A DNA stretch of 64,000 nucleotides from the NCBI GenBank assembly GCA_964016885.1, contig OZ024740.1:422716001-422780000 (forward strand), given 5' to 3'. Positions 11,336-26,300 of the stretch are shown here, one piece after another. The notes under the pieces are model-generated. The model ran no database searches and was not told the origin of the DNA. It worked only from the letters and a program-made list of their open reading frames with translations. The position numbers and the translations under genes are program-made. The stretch is from Eledone cirrhosa (taxonomy: Eukaryota). The stretch's first letter is position 1; each line of letters begins with the position of its first letter.

Positions 11336-14300
11336 AGCCTACATATTGTCGTTAATATTATGATGTTCCCTGCTGTATTATCGATAAATTTTCGAGGGTT
11401 TCTCTTAGTAGTTTTTTCATGACGTTATTATTGTTAATTTTACTGATGTAGTATTAACTTATTAACTTGGATATTTACCATGCGGTATTCTAATCCTATT
11501 GTATCTCTCTCAGTTATTTACCATGCGACCCTCAGTTCCTACCCTACCCCCTCTCTATGCACTTCTTTAAGGCTTACTACCCTGTCTTTAACCTAATTCA
11601 TTCAATCTGAAAATATTGAAGAGATAAGACACTTTCCCATTCTTCTCTGCTAAAATGTATCACTAGAGCTGATTCCAATTTTCCCAGCCATCCATCTAAT
11701 CTACGAAGGTATTTTAGCCTACATATTGTCGTTAATATTATGATGTTCCCTGCTGTATTAGCGTTAAATTTTCCCTGCTGTATTAGCGATAAATTTTCGA
11801 GGGTTTCTCTTAGTAGTTTTTTCATGACGTTATTATTGTTAATTTTACTGATGTAGTATTAACTTGGATATTTACCATGCGACTCTCAGTTCCTACCCCC
11901 CCCCCCTCTCTATGCACTTCTTTAAGGCTTACTACCCTGTCTTTAACCTAATTCATTCAATCTGAAAATATTGAAGAGATAAGACACTTTCCCATTCTTC
12001 TCTGCTAAAATGTATCACTAGAGCTGATTCCAATTTTCCCAGCCATCCATCTAATCTACGAAGGTATTTTAGCCTACATATTGTCGTTAATATTATGATG
12101 TTCCCTGCTGTATTAGCGTTAAATTTTCCCTGCTGTATTAGCGATAAATTTTCGAGGGTTTCTCTTAGTAGTTTTTTCATGACGTTATTATTGTTAATTT
12201 TACTGATGTAGTATTAACTTATTAACTTGGATATTTACCATGCGGTATTCTAATCCTATTGTATCTCTCTCAGTTATTTACCATGCGACCCTCAGTTCCT
12301 ACCCTACCCCCTCTCTATGCACTTCTTTAAGGCTTACTACCCTGTTTTTAACCTAATTCATTCAATCTGAAAATATTGAAGAGATAAGACACTTTCCCAT
12401 TCTTCTCTGCTAAAATGTATCACTAGAGCTGATTCCAATTTTCCCAGCCATCCATCTAATCTACGAAGGTATTTTAGCCTACATATTGTCGTTAATATTA
12501 TGATGTTCCCTGCTGTATTAGCGTTAAATTTTCCCTGCTGTATTAGCGATAAATTTTCGAGGGTTTCTCTTAGTAGTTTTTTCATGACGTTATTATTGTT
12601 AATTTTACTGATGTAGTATTAACTTGGATATTTACCATGCGACTCTCAGTTCCTACCCCCCCCCCCTCTCTCTCTCTCTATGCACTTCTTTAAGGCTTAC
12701 TACCCTGTCTTTAACCTAATTCATTCAATCTGAAAATATTGAAGAGATAAGACACTTTCCCATTCTTCTCTGCTAAAATGTATCACTAGAGCTGATTCCA
12801 ATTTTCCCAGCCATCCATCTAATCTACGAAGGTATTTTAGCCTACATATTGTCGTTAATATTATGATGTTCCCTGCTGTATTAGCGTTAAATTTTCCCTG
12901 CTGTATTAGCGATAAATTTTCGAGGGTTTCTCTTAGTAGTTTTTTCATGACGTTATTATTGTTAATTTTACTGATGTAGTATTAACTTGGATATTTACCA
13001 TGCGACTCTCAGTTCCTACCCCCCCCCCTCTCTATGCACTTCTTTAAGGCTTACTACCCTGTCTTTAACCTAATTCATTCAATCTGAAAATATTGAAGAG
13101 ATAAGACACTTTCCCATTCTTCTCTGCTAAAATGTATCACTAGAGCTGATTCCAATTTTCCCAGCCATCCATCTAATCTACGAAGGTATTTTAGCCTACA
13201 TATTGTCGTTAATATTATGATGTTCCCTGCTGTATTAGCGTTAAATTTTCCCTGCTGTATTAGCGATAAATTTTCGAGGGTTTCTCTTAGTAGTTTTTTC
13301 ATGACGTTATTATTGTTAATTTTACTGATGTAGTATTAACTTATTAACTTGGATATTTACCATGCGGTATTCTAATCCTATTGTATCTCTCTCAGTTATT
13401 TACCATGCGACCCTCAGTTCCTACCCCCCCCCCTCTCTATGCACTTCTTTAAGGCTTACTACCGTGTCTTTAACCTAATTCATTCAATCTGAAAATATTG
13501 AAGAGATAAGACACTTTCCCATTCTTCTCTGCTAAAATGTATCACTAGAGCTGATTCCAATTTTCCCAGCCATCCATCTAATCTACGAAGGTATTTTAGC
13601 CTACATATTGTGGTTAATATTATGATGTTCCCTGCTGTATTAGCGTTAAATTTTCCCTGCTGTATTAGCGATAAATTTTCGAGGGTTTCTCTTAGTAGTT
13701 TTTTCATGACGTTATTATTGTTAATTTTACTGATGTAGTATTAACTTATTAACTTGGATATTTACCATGCGGTATTCTAATCCTATTGTATCTCTCTCAG
13801 TTATTTACCATGCGACCCTCAGTTCCTACCCTACCCCCTCTCTATGCACTTCTTTAAGGCTTACTACCCTGTCTTTAACCTAATTCATTCAATCTGAAAA
13901 TATTGAAGAGATAAGACACTTTCCCATTCTTCTCTGCTAAAATGTATCACTAGAGCTGATTCCAATTTTCCCAGCCATCCATCTAATCTACGAAGGTATT
14001 TTAGCCTACATATTGTCGTTAATATTATGATGTTCCCTGCTGTATTAGCGTTAAATTTTCCCTGCTGTATTAGCGATAAATTTTCGAGGGTTTCTCTTAG
14101 TAGTTTTTTCATGGCGTTATTATTGTTAATTTTACTGATGTAGTATTAACTTGGATATTTACCATGCGACCCTCAGTTCCTACCCCCCCCCCCTCTCTAT
14201 GCACTTCTTTAAGGCTTACTACCCTGTCTTTAACCTAATTCATTCAATCTGAAAATATTGAAGAGATAAGACACTTTCCCATTCTTCTCTGCTAAAATGT

Positions 14301-17300
14301 ATCACTAGAGCTGATTCCAATTTTCCCAGCCATCCATCTAATCTACGAAGGTATTTTAGCCTACATATTGTCGTTAATATTATGATGTTCCCTGCTGTAT
14401 TAGCGTTAAATTTTCCCTGCTGTATTAGCGATAAATTTTCGAGGGTTTCTCTTAGTAGTTTTTTCATGACGTTATTATTGTTAATTTTACTGATGTAGTA
14501 TTAACTTATTAACTTGGATATTTACCATGCGACCCTCAGTTCCTACCCCCTCTCTATGCACTTCTTTAAGGCTTACTACCCTGTCTTTAACCTAATTCAT
14601 TCAATCTGAAAATATTGAAGAGATAAGACACTTTCCCATTCTTCTCTGCTAAAATGTATCACTAGAGCTGATTCCAATTTTCCCAGCCATCCATCTAATC
14701 TACGAAGGTATTTTAGCCTACATATTGTCGTTAATATTATGATGTTCCCTGCTGTATTAGCGTTAAATTTTCCCTGCTGTATTAGCGATAAATTTTCGAG
14801 GGTTTCTCTTAGTAGTTTTTTCATGACGTTATTATTGTTAATTTTACTGATGTAGTATTAACTTATTAACTTGGATATTTACCATGCGGTATTCTAATCC
14901 TATTGTATCTCTCTCAGTTATTTACCATGCGACCCTCAGTTCCTACCCTACCCCCTCTCTATGCACTTCTTTAAGGCTTACTACCCTGTCTTTAACCTAA
15001 TTCATTCAATCTGAAAATATTGAAGAGATAAGACACTTTCCCATTCTTCTCTGCTAAAATGTATCACTAGAGCTGATTCCAATTTTCCCAGCCATCCATC
15101 TAATCTACGAAGGTATTTTAGCCTACATATTGTCGTTAATATTATGATGTTCCCTGCTGTATTAGCGTTAAATTTTCCCTGCTGTATTAGCGATAAATTT
15201 TCGAGGGTTTCTCTTAGTAGTTTTTTCATGACGTTATTATTGTTAATTTTACTGATGTAGTATTAACTTGGATATTTACCATGCGACTCTCAGTTCCTAC
15301 CCCCCCCCCTCTCTATGCACTTCTTTAAGGCTTACTACCCTGTCTTTAACCTAATTCATTCAATCTGAAAATATTGAAGAGATAAGACACTTTCCCATTC
15401 TTCTCTGCTAAAATGTATCACTAGAGCTGATTCCAATTTTCCCAGCCATCCATCTAATCTACGAAGGTATTTTAGCCTACATATTGTCGTTAATATTATG
15501 ATGTTCCCTGCTGTATTAGCGTTAAATTTTCCCTGCTGTATTAGCGATAAATTTTCGAGGGTTTCTCTTAGTAGTTTTTTCATGACGTTATTATTGTTAA
15601 TTTTACTGATGTAGTATTAACTTATTAACTTGGATATTTACCATGCGGTATTCTAATCCTATTGTATCTCTCTCAGTTATTTACCATGCGACCCTCAGTT
15701 CCTACCCTACCCCCTCTCTATGCACTTCTTTAAGGCTTACTACCCTGTTTTTAACCTAATTCATTCAATCTGAAAATATTGAAGAGATAAGACACTTTCC
15801 CATTCTTCTCTGCTAAAATGTATCACTAGAGCTGATTCCAATTTTCCCAGCCATCCATCTAATCTACGAAGGTATTTTAGCCTACATATTGTCGTTAATA
15901 TTATGATGTTCCCTGCTGTATTAGCGTTAAATTTTCCCTGCTGTATTAGCGATAAATTTTCGAGGGTTTCTCTTAGTAGTTTTTTCATGACGTTATTATT
16001 GTTAATTTTACTGATGTAGTATTAACTTGGATATTTACCATGCGACTCTCAGTTCCTACCACCCCCCCCCCTCTCTCTCTCTCTATGCACTTCTTTAAGG
16101 CTTACTACCCTGTCTTTAACCTAATTCATTCAATCTGAAAATATTGAAGAGATAAGACACTTTCCCATTCTTCTCTGCTAAAATGTATCACTAGAGCTGA
16201 TTCCAATTTTCCCAGCCATCCATCTAATCTACGAAGGTATTTTAGCCTACATATTGTCGTTAATATTATGATGTTCCCTGCTGTATTAGCGTTAAATTTT
16301 CCCTGCTGTATTAGCGATAAATTTTCGAGGGTTTCTCTTAGTAGTTTTTTCATGACGTTATTATTGTTAATTTTACTGATGTAGTATTAACTTGGATATT
16401 TACCATGCGACTCTCAGTTCCTACCCCCCCCCCCCTCTCTATGCACTTCTTTAAGGCTTACTACCCTGTCTTTAACCTAATTCATTCAATCTGAAAATAT
16501 TGAAGAGATAAGACACTTTCCCATTCTTCTCTGCTAAAATGTATCACTAGAGCTGATTCCAATTTTCCCAGCCATCCATCTAATCTACGAAGGTATTTTA
16601 GCCTACATATTGTCGTTAATATTATGATGTTCCCTGCTGTATTAGCGTTAAATTTTCCCTGCTGTATTAGCGATAAATTTTCGAGGGTTTCTCTTAGTAG
16701 TTTTTTCATGACGTTATTATTGTTAATTTTACTGATGTAGTATTAACTTATTAACTTGGATATTTACCATGCGGTATTCTAATCCTATTGTATCTCTCTC
16801 AGTTATTTACCATGCGACCCTCAGTTCCTACCCCCCCCCCTCTCTATGCACTTCTTTAAGGCTTACTACCGTGTCTTTAACCTAATTCATTCAATCTGAA
16901 AATATTGAAGAGATAAGACACTTTCCCATTCTTCTCTGCTAAAATGTATCACTAGAGCTGATTCCAATTTTCCCAGCCATCCATCTAATCTACGAAGGTA
17001 TTTTAGCCTACATATTGTCGTTAATATTATGATGTTCCCTGCTGTATTAGCGTTAAATTTTCCCTGCTGTATTAGCGATAAATTTTCGAGGGTTTCTCTT
17101 AGTAGTTTTTTCATGACGTTATTATTGTTAATTTTACTGATGTAGTATTAACTTATTAACTTGGATATTTACCATGCGACCCTCAGTTCCTACCCCCTCT
17201 CTATGCACTTCTTTAAGGCTTACTACCCTGTCTTTAACCTAATTCATTCAATCTGAAAATATTGAAGAGATAAGACACTTTCCCATTCTTCTCTGCTAAA

Positions 17301-20300
17301 ATGTATCACTAGAGCTGATTCCAATTTTCCCAGCCATCCATCTAATCTACGAAGGTATTTTAGCCTACATATTGTCGTTAATATTATGATGTTCCCTGCT
17401 GTATTAGCGTTAAATTTTCCCTGCTGTATTAGCGATAAATTTTCGAGGGTTTCTCTTAGTAGTTTTTTCATGACGTTATTATTGTTAATTTTACTGATGT
17501 AGTATTAACTTATTAACTTGGATATTTACCATGCGGTATTCTAATCCTATTGTATCTCTCTCAGTTATTTACCATGCGACCCTCAGTTCCTACCCTACCC
17601 CCTCTCTATGCACTTCTTTAAGGCTTACTACCCTGTTTTTAACCTAATTCATTCAATCTGAAAATATTGAAGAGATAAGACACTTTCCCATTCTTCTCTG
17701 CTAAAATGTATCACTAGAGCTGATTCCAATTTTCCCAGCCATCCATCTAATCTACGAAGGTATTTTAGCCTACATATTGTCGTTAATATTATGATGTTCC
17801 CTGCTGTATTAGCGTTAAATTTTCCCTGCTGTATTAGCGATAAATTTTCGAGGGTTTCTCTTAGTAGTTTTTTCATGACGTTATTATTGTTAATTTTACT
17901 GATGTAGTATTAACTTGGATATTTACCATGCGACTCTCAGTTCCTACCCCCCCCCTCTCTCTCTCTCTATGCACTTCTTTAAGGCTTACTACCCTGTCTT
18001 TAACCTAATTCATTCAATCTGAAAATATTGAAGAGATAAGACACTTTCCCATTCTTCTCTGCTAAAATGTATCACTAGAGCTGATTCCAATTTTCCCAGC
18101 CATCCATCTAATCTACGAAGGTATTTTAGCCTACATATTGTCGTTAATATTATGATGTTCCCTGCTGTATTAGCGTTAAATTTTCCCTGCTGTATTAGCG
18201 ATAAATTTTCGAGGGTTTCTCTTAGTAGTTTTTTCATGACGTTATTATTGTTAATTTTACTGATGTAGTATTAACTTGGATATTTACCATGCGACTCTCA
18301 GTTCCTACCCCCCCCTCTCTATGCACTTCTTTAAGGCTTACTACCCTGTCTTTAACCTAATTCATTCAATCTGAAAATATTGAAGAGATAAGACACTTTC
18401 CCATTCTTCTCTGCTAAAATGTATCACTAGAGCTGATTCCAATTTTCCCAGCCATCCATCTAATCTACGAAGGTATTTTAGCCTACATATTGTCGTTAAT
18501 ATTATGATGTTCCCTGCTGTATTAGCGTTAAATTTTCCCTGCTGTATTAGCGATAAATTTTCGAGGGTTTCTCTTAGTAGTTTTTTCATGACGTTATTAT
18601 TGTTAATTTTACTGATGTAGTATTAACTTATTAACTTGGATATTTACCATGCGGTATTCTAATCCTATTGTATCTCTCTCAGTTATTTACCATGCGACCC
18701 TCAGTTCCTACCCCCCCCCTCTCTATGCACTTCTTTAAGGCTTACTACCGTGTCTTTAACCTAATTCATTCAATCTGAAAATATTGAAGAGATAAGACAC
18801 TTTCCCATTCTTCTCTGCTAAAATGTATCACTAGAGCTGATTCCAATTTTCCCAGCCATCCATCTAATCTACGAAGGTATTTTAGCCTACATATTGTCGT
18901 TAATATTATGATGTTCCCTGCTGTATTAGCGTTAAATTTTCCCTGCTGTATTAGCGATAAATTTTCGAGGGTTTCTCTTAGTAGTTTTTTCATGACGTTA
19001 TTATTGTTAATTTTACTGATGTAGTATTAACTTGGATATTTACCATGCGACTCTCAGTTCCTACCCCCCCCTCTCTATGCACTTCTTTAAGGCTTACTAC
19101 CCTGTCTTTAACCTAATTCATTCAATCTGAAAATATTGAAGAGATAAGACACTTTCCCATTCTTCTCTGCTAAAGTGTATCACTAGAGCTGATTCCAATT
19201 TTCCCAGCCATCCATCTAATCTACGAAGGTATTTTAGCCTACATATTGTCGTTAATATTATGATGTTCCCTGCTGTATTAGCGTTAAATTTTCCCTGCTG
19301 TATTAGCGATAAATTTTCGAGGGTTTCTCTTAGTAGTTTTTTCATGACGTTATTATTGTTAATTTTACTGATGTAGTATTAACTTATTAACTTGGATATT
19401 TACCATGCGGTATTCTAATCCTATTGTATCTCTCTCAGTTATTTACCATGCGACCCTCAGTTCCTACCCCCCCCCCCCTCTCTATGCACTTCTTTAAGGC
19501 TTACTACCGTGTCTTTAACCTAATTCATTCAATCTGAAAATATTGAAGAGATAAGACACTTTCCCATTCTTCTCTGCTAAAATGTATCACTAGAGCTGAT
19601 TCCAATTTTCCCAGCCATCCATCTAATCTACGAAGGTATTTTAGCCTACATATTGTCGTTAATATTATGATGTTCCCTGCTGTATTAGCGTTAAATTTTC
19701 CCTGCTGTATTAGCGATAAATTTTCGAGGGTTTCTCTTAGTAGTTTTTTCATGACGTTATTATTGTTAATTTTACTGATGTAGTATTAACTTGGATATTT
19801 ACCATGCGACTCTCAGTTCCTACCCCCCCCCCCCTCTCTATGCACTTCTTTAAGGCTTACTACCCTGTCTTTAACCTAATTCATTCAATCTGAAAATATT
19901 GAAGAGATAAGACACTTTCCCATTCTTCTCTGCTAAAATGTATCACTAGAGCTGATTCCAATTTTCCCAGCCATCCATCTAATCTACGAAGGTATTTTAG
20001 CCTACATATTGTCGTTAATATTATGATGTTCCCTGCTGTATTAGCGTTAAATTTTCCCTGCTGTATTAGCGATAAATTTTCGAGGGTTTCTCTTAGTAGT
20101 TTTTTCATGGCGTTATTATTGTTAATTTTACTGATGTAGTATTAACTTGGATATTTACCATGCGACCCTCAGTTCCTACCCCCCCCTCTCTATGCACTTC
20201 TTTAAGGCTTACTACCCTGTCTTTAACCTAATTCATTCAATCTGAAAATATTGAAGAGATAAGACACTTTCCCATTCTTCTCTGCTAAAATGTATCACTA

Positions 20301-23300
20301 GAGCTGATTCCAATTTTCCCAGCCATCCATCTAATCTACGAAGGTATTTTAGCCTACATATTGTCGTTAATATTATGATGTTCCCTGCTGTATTAGCGTT
20401 AAATTTTCCCTGCTGTATTAGCGATAAATTTTCGAGGGTTTCTCTTAGTAGTTTTTTCATGACGTTATTATTGTTAATTTTACTGATGTAGTATTAACTT
20501 GGATATTTACCATGCGACTCTCAGTTCCTACCCCCCCCCCTCTCTATGCACTTCTTTAAGGCTTACTACCCTGTCTTTAACCTAATTCATTCAATCTGAA
20601 AATATTGAAGAGATAAGACACTTTCCCATTCTTCTCTGCTAAAGTGTATCACTAGAGCTGATTCCAATTTTCCCAGCCATCCATCTAATCTACGAAGGTA
20701 TTTTAGCCTACATATTGTCGTTAATATTATGATGTTCCCTGCTGTATTAGCGTTAAATTTTCCCTGCTGTATTAGCGATAAATTTTCGAGGGTTTCTCTT
20801 AGTAGTTTTTTCATGACGTTATTATTGTTAATTTTACTGATGTAGTATTAACTTATTAACTTGGATATTTACCATGCGGTATTCTAATCCTATTGTATCT
20901 CTCTCAGTTATTTACCATGCGACCCTCAGTTCCTACCCTACCCCCTCTCTATGCACTTCTTTAAGGCTTACTACCCTGTCTTTAACCTAATTCATTCAAT
21001 CTGAAAATATTGAAGAGATAAGACACTTTCCCATTCTTCTCTGCTAAAATGTATCACTAGAGCTGATTCCAATTTTCCCAGCCATCCATCTAATCTACGA
21101 AGGTATTTTAGCCTACATATTGTCGTTAATATTATGATGTTCCCTGCTGTATTAGCGTTAAATTTTCCCTGCTGTATTAGCGATAAATTTTCGAGGGTTT
21201 CTCTTAGTAGTTTTTTCATGGCGTTATTATTGTTAATTTTACTGATGTAGTATTAACTTGGATATTTACCATGCGACCCTCAGTTCCTACCCCCCCCCCT
21301 CTCTATGCACTTCTTTAAGGCTTACTACCCTGTCTTTAACCTAATTCATTCAATCTGAAAATATTGAAGAGATAAGACACTTTCCCATTCTTCTCTGCTA
21401 AAATGTATCACTAGAGCTGATTCCAATTTTCCCAGCCATCCATCTAATCTACGAAGGTATTTTAGCCTACATATTGTCGTTAATATTATGATGTTCCCTG
21501 CTGTATTAGCGTTAAATTTTCCCTGCTGTATTAGCGATAAATTTTCGAGGGTTTCTCTTAGTAGTTTTTTCATGACGTTATTATTGTTAATTTTACTGAT
21601 GTAGTATTAACTTATTAACTTGGATATTTACCATGCGACCCTCAGTTCCTACCCCCTCTCTATGCACTTCTTTAAGGCTTACTACCCTGTCTTTAACCTA
21701 ATTCATTCAATCTGAAAATATTGAAGAGATAAGACACTTTCCCATTCTTCTCTGCTAAAATGTATCACTAGAGCTGATTCCAATTTTCCCAGCCATCCAT
21801 CTAATCTACGAAGGTATTTTAGCCTACATATTGTCGTTAATATTATGATGTTCCCTGCTGTATTAGCGTTAAATTTTCCCTGCTGTATTAGCGATAAATT
21901 TTCGAGGGTTTCTCTTAGTAGTTTTTTCATGACGTTATTATTGTTAATTTTACTGATGTAGTATTAACTTATTAACTTGGATATTTACCATGCGACCCTC
22001 AGTTCCTACCCCCTCTCTATGCACTTCTTTAAGGCTTACTACCCTGTCTTTAACCTAATTCATTCAATCTGAAAATATTGAAGAGATAAGACACTTTCCC
22101 ATTCTTCTCTGCTAAAATGTATCACTAGAGCTGATTCCAATTTTCCCAGCCATCCATCTAATCTACGAAGGTATTTTAGCCTACATATTGTCGTTAATAT
22201 TATGATGTTCCCTGCTGTATTAGCGTTAAATTTTCCCTGCTGTATTAGCGATACATTTTCGAGGGTTTCTCTTAGTAGTTTTTTCATGACGTTATTATTG
22301 TTAATTTTACTGATGTAGTATTAACTTATTAACTTGGATATTTACCATGCGGTATTCTAATCCTATTGTATCTCTCTCAGTTATTTACCATGCGACCCTC
22401 AGTTCCTACCCTACCCCCTCTCTATGCACTTCTTTAAGGCTTACTACCCTGTCTTTAACCTAATTCATTCAATCTGAAAATATTGAAGAGATAAGACACT
22501 TTCCCATTCTTCTCTGCTAAAATGTATCACTAGAGCTGATTCCAATTTTCCCAGCCATCCATCTAATCTACGAAGGTATTTTAGCCTACATATTGTCGTT
22601 AATATTATGATGTTCCCTGCTGTATTAGCGTTAAATTTTCCCTGCTGTATTAGCGATAAATTTTCGAGGGTTTCTCTTAGTAGTTTTTTCATGACGTTAT
22701 TATTGTTAATTTTACTGATGTAGTATTAACTTGGATATTTACCATGCGACTCTCAGTTCCTACCCCCCCCCCCCCTCTCTATGCACTTCTTTAAGGCTTA
22801 CTACCCTGTCTTTAACCTAATTCATTCAATCTGAAAATATTGAAGAGATAAGACACTTTCCCATTCTTCTCTGCTAAAATGTATCACTAGAGCTGATTCC
22901 AATTTTCCCAGCCATCCATCTAATCTACGAAGGTATTTTAGCCTACATATTGTCGTTAATATTATGATGTTCCCTGCTGTATTAGCGTTAAATTTTCCCT
23001 GCTGTATTAGCGATAAATTTTCGAGGGTTTCTCTTAGTAGTTTTTTCATGACGTTATTATTGTTAATTTTACTGATGTAGTATTAACTTATTAACTTGGA
23101 TATTTACCATGCGGTATTCTAATCCTATTGTATCTCTCTCAGTTATTTACCATGCGACCCTCAGTTCCTACCCTACCCCCTCTCTATGCACTTCTTTAAG
23201 GCTTACTACCCTGTTTTTAACCTAATTCATTCAATCTGAAAATATTGAAGAGATAAGACACTTTCCCATTCTTCTCTGCTAAAATGTATCACTAGAGCTG

Positions 23301-26300
23301 ATTCCAATTTTCCCAGCCATCCATCTAATCTACGAAGGTATTTTAGCCTACATATTGTCGTTAATATTATGATGTTCCCTGCTGTATTAGCGTTAAATTT
23401 TCCCTGCTGTATTAGCGATAAATTTTCGAGGGTTTCTCTTAGTAGTTTTTTCATGACGTTATTATTGTTAATTTTACTGATGTAGTATTAACTTGGATAT
23501 TTACCATGCGACTCTCAGTTCCTACCCCCCCCCCCCCTCTCTCTCTCTCTATGCACTTCTTTAAGGCTTACTACCCTGTCTTTAACCTAATTCATTCAAT
23601 CTGAAAATATTGAAGAGATAAGACACTTTCCCATTCTTCTCTGCTAAAATGTATCACTAGAGCTGATTCCAATTTTCCCAGCCATCCATCTAATCTACGA
23701 AGGTATTTTAGCCTACATATTGTCGTTAATATTATGATGTTCCCTGCTGTATTAGCGTTAAATTTTCCCTGCTGTATTAGCGATAAATTTTCGAGGGTTT
23801 CTCTTAGTAGTTTTTTCATGACGTTATTATTGTTAATTTTACTGATGTAGTATTAACTTGGATATTTACCATGCGACTCTCAGTTCCTACCCCCCCCCCC
23901 CCCTCTCTATGCACTTCCTTAAGGCTTACTACCCTGTCTTTAACCTAATTCATTCAATCTGAAAATATTGAAGAGATAAGACACTTTCCCATTCTTCTCT
24001 GCTAAAGTGTATCACTAGAGCTGATTCCAATTTTCCCAGCCATCCATCTAATCTACGAAGGTATTTTAGCCTACATATTGTCGTTAATATTATGATGTTC
24101 CCTGCTGTATTAGCGTTAAATTTTCCCTGCTGTATTAACGATAAATTTTCGAGGGTTTCTCTTAGTAGTTTTTTCATGACGTTATTATTGTTAATTTTAC
24201 TGATGTAGTATTAACTTATTAACTTGGATATTTACCATGCGGTATTCTAATCCTATTGTATCTCTCTCAGTTATTTACCATGCGACCCTCAGTTCCTACC
24301 CTACCCCCTCTCTATGCACTTCTTTAAGGCTTACTACCCTGTCTTTAACCTAATTCATTCAATCTGAAAATATTGAAGAGATAAGACACTTTCCCATTCT
24401 TCTCTGCTAAAATGTATCACTAGAGCTGATTCCAATTTTCCCAGCCATCCATCTAATCTACGAAGGTATTTTAGCCTACATATTGTCGTTAATATTATGA
24501 TGTTCCCTGCTGTATTAGCGTTAAATTTTCCCTGCTGTATTAGCGATAAATTTTCGAGGGTTTCTCTTAGTAGTTTTTTCATGGCGTTATTATTGTTAAT
24601 TTTACTGATGTAGTATTAACTTGGATATTTACCATGCGACCCTCAGTTCCTACCCCCCCCCCCTCTATATGCACTTCTTTAAGGCTTACTACCCTGTCTT
24701 TAACCTAATTCATTCAATCTGAAAATATTGAAGAGATAAGACACTTTCCCATTCTTCTCTGCTAAAATGTATCACTAGAGCTGATTCCAATTTTCCCAGC
24801 CATCCATCTAATCTACGAAGGTATTTTAGCCTACATATTGTCGTTAATATTATGATGTTCCCTGCTGTATTAGCGTTAAATTTTCCCTGCTGTATTAGCG
24901 ATAAATTTTCGAGGGTTTCTCTTAGTAGTTTTTTCATGACGTTATTATTGTTAATTTTACTGATGTAGTATTAACTTATTAACTTGGATATTTACCATGC
25001 GACCCTCAGTTCCTACCCCCCTCTCTATGCACTTCTTTAAGGCTTACTACCCTGTCTTTAACCTAATTCATTCAATCTGAAAATATTGAAGAGATAAGAC
25101 ACTTTCCCATTCTTCTCTGCTAAAATGTATCACTAGAGCTGATTCCAATTTTCCCAGCCATCCATCTAATCTACGAAGGTATTTTAGCCTACATATTGTC
25201 GTTAATATTATGATGTTCCCTGCTGTATTAGCGTTAAATTTTCCCTGCTGTATTAGCGATAAATTTTCGAGGGTTTCTCTTAGTAGTTTTTTCATGACGT
25301 TATTATTGTTAATTTTACTGATGTAGTATTAACTTGGATATTTACCATGCGACTCTCAGTTCCTACCCCCCCCCCCCCTCTCTATGCACTTCTTTAAGGC
25401 TTACTACCCTGTCTTTAACCTAATTCATTCAATCTGAAAATATTGAAGAGATAAGACACTTTCCCATTCTTCTCTGCTAAAATGTATCACTAGAGCTGAT
25501 TCCAATTTTCCCAGCCATCCATCTAATCTACGAAGGTATTTTAGCCTACATATTGTCGTTAATATTATGATGTTCCCTGCTGTATTAGCGTTAAATTTTC
25601 CCTGCTGTATTAGCGATAAATTTTCGAGGGTTTCTCTTAGTAGTTTTTTCATGACGTTATTATTGTTAATTTTACTGATGTAGTATTAACTTATTAACTT
25701 GGATATTTACCATGCGGTATTCTAATCCTATTGTATCTCTCTCAGTTATTTACCATGCGACCCTCAGTTCCTACCCCCCCCCCTCTCTATGCACTTCTTT
25801 AAGGCTTACTACCGTGTCTTTAACCTAATTCATTCAATCTGAAAATATTGAAGAGATAAGACACTTTCCCATTCTTCTCTGCTAAAATGTATCACTAGAG
25901 CTGATTCCAATTTTCCCAGCCATCCATCTAATCTACGATGGTATTTTAGCCTACATATTGTCGTTAATATTATGATGTTCCCTGCTGTATTAGCGTTAAA
26001 TTTTCCCTGCTGTATTAGCGATAAATTTTCGAGGGTTTCTCTTAGTAGTTTTTTCATGACGTTATTATTGTTAATTTTACTGATGTAGTATTAACTTGGA
26101 TATTTACCATGCGACTCTCAGTTCCTACCCCCCCCCCCCCCCCCTCTCTATGCACTTCTTTAAGGCTTACTACCCTGTCTTTAACCTAATTCATTCAATC
26201 TGAAAATATTGAAGAGATAAGACACTTTCCCATTCTTCTCTGCTAAAGTGTATCACTAGAGCTGATTCCAATTTTCCCAGCCATCCATCTAATCTACGAA

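Noticed and set aside
11740-11852. C/D snoRNA inside the satellite monomer (atgatgt ... ctga)
   Set aside because: Box C is imperfect, and there is no convincing terminal stem or recognisable rRNA guide.
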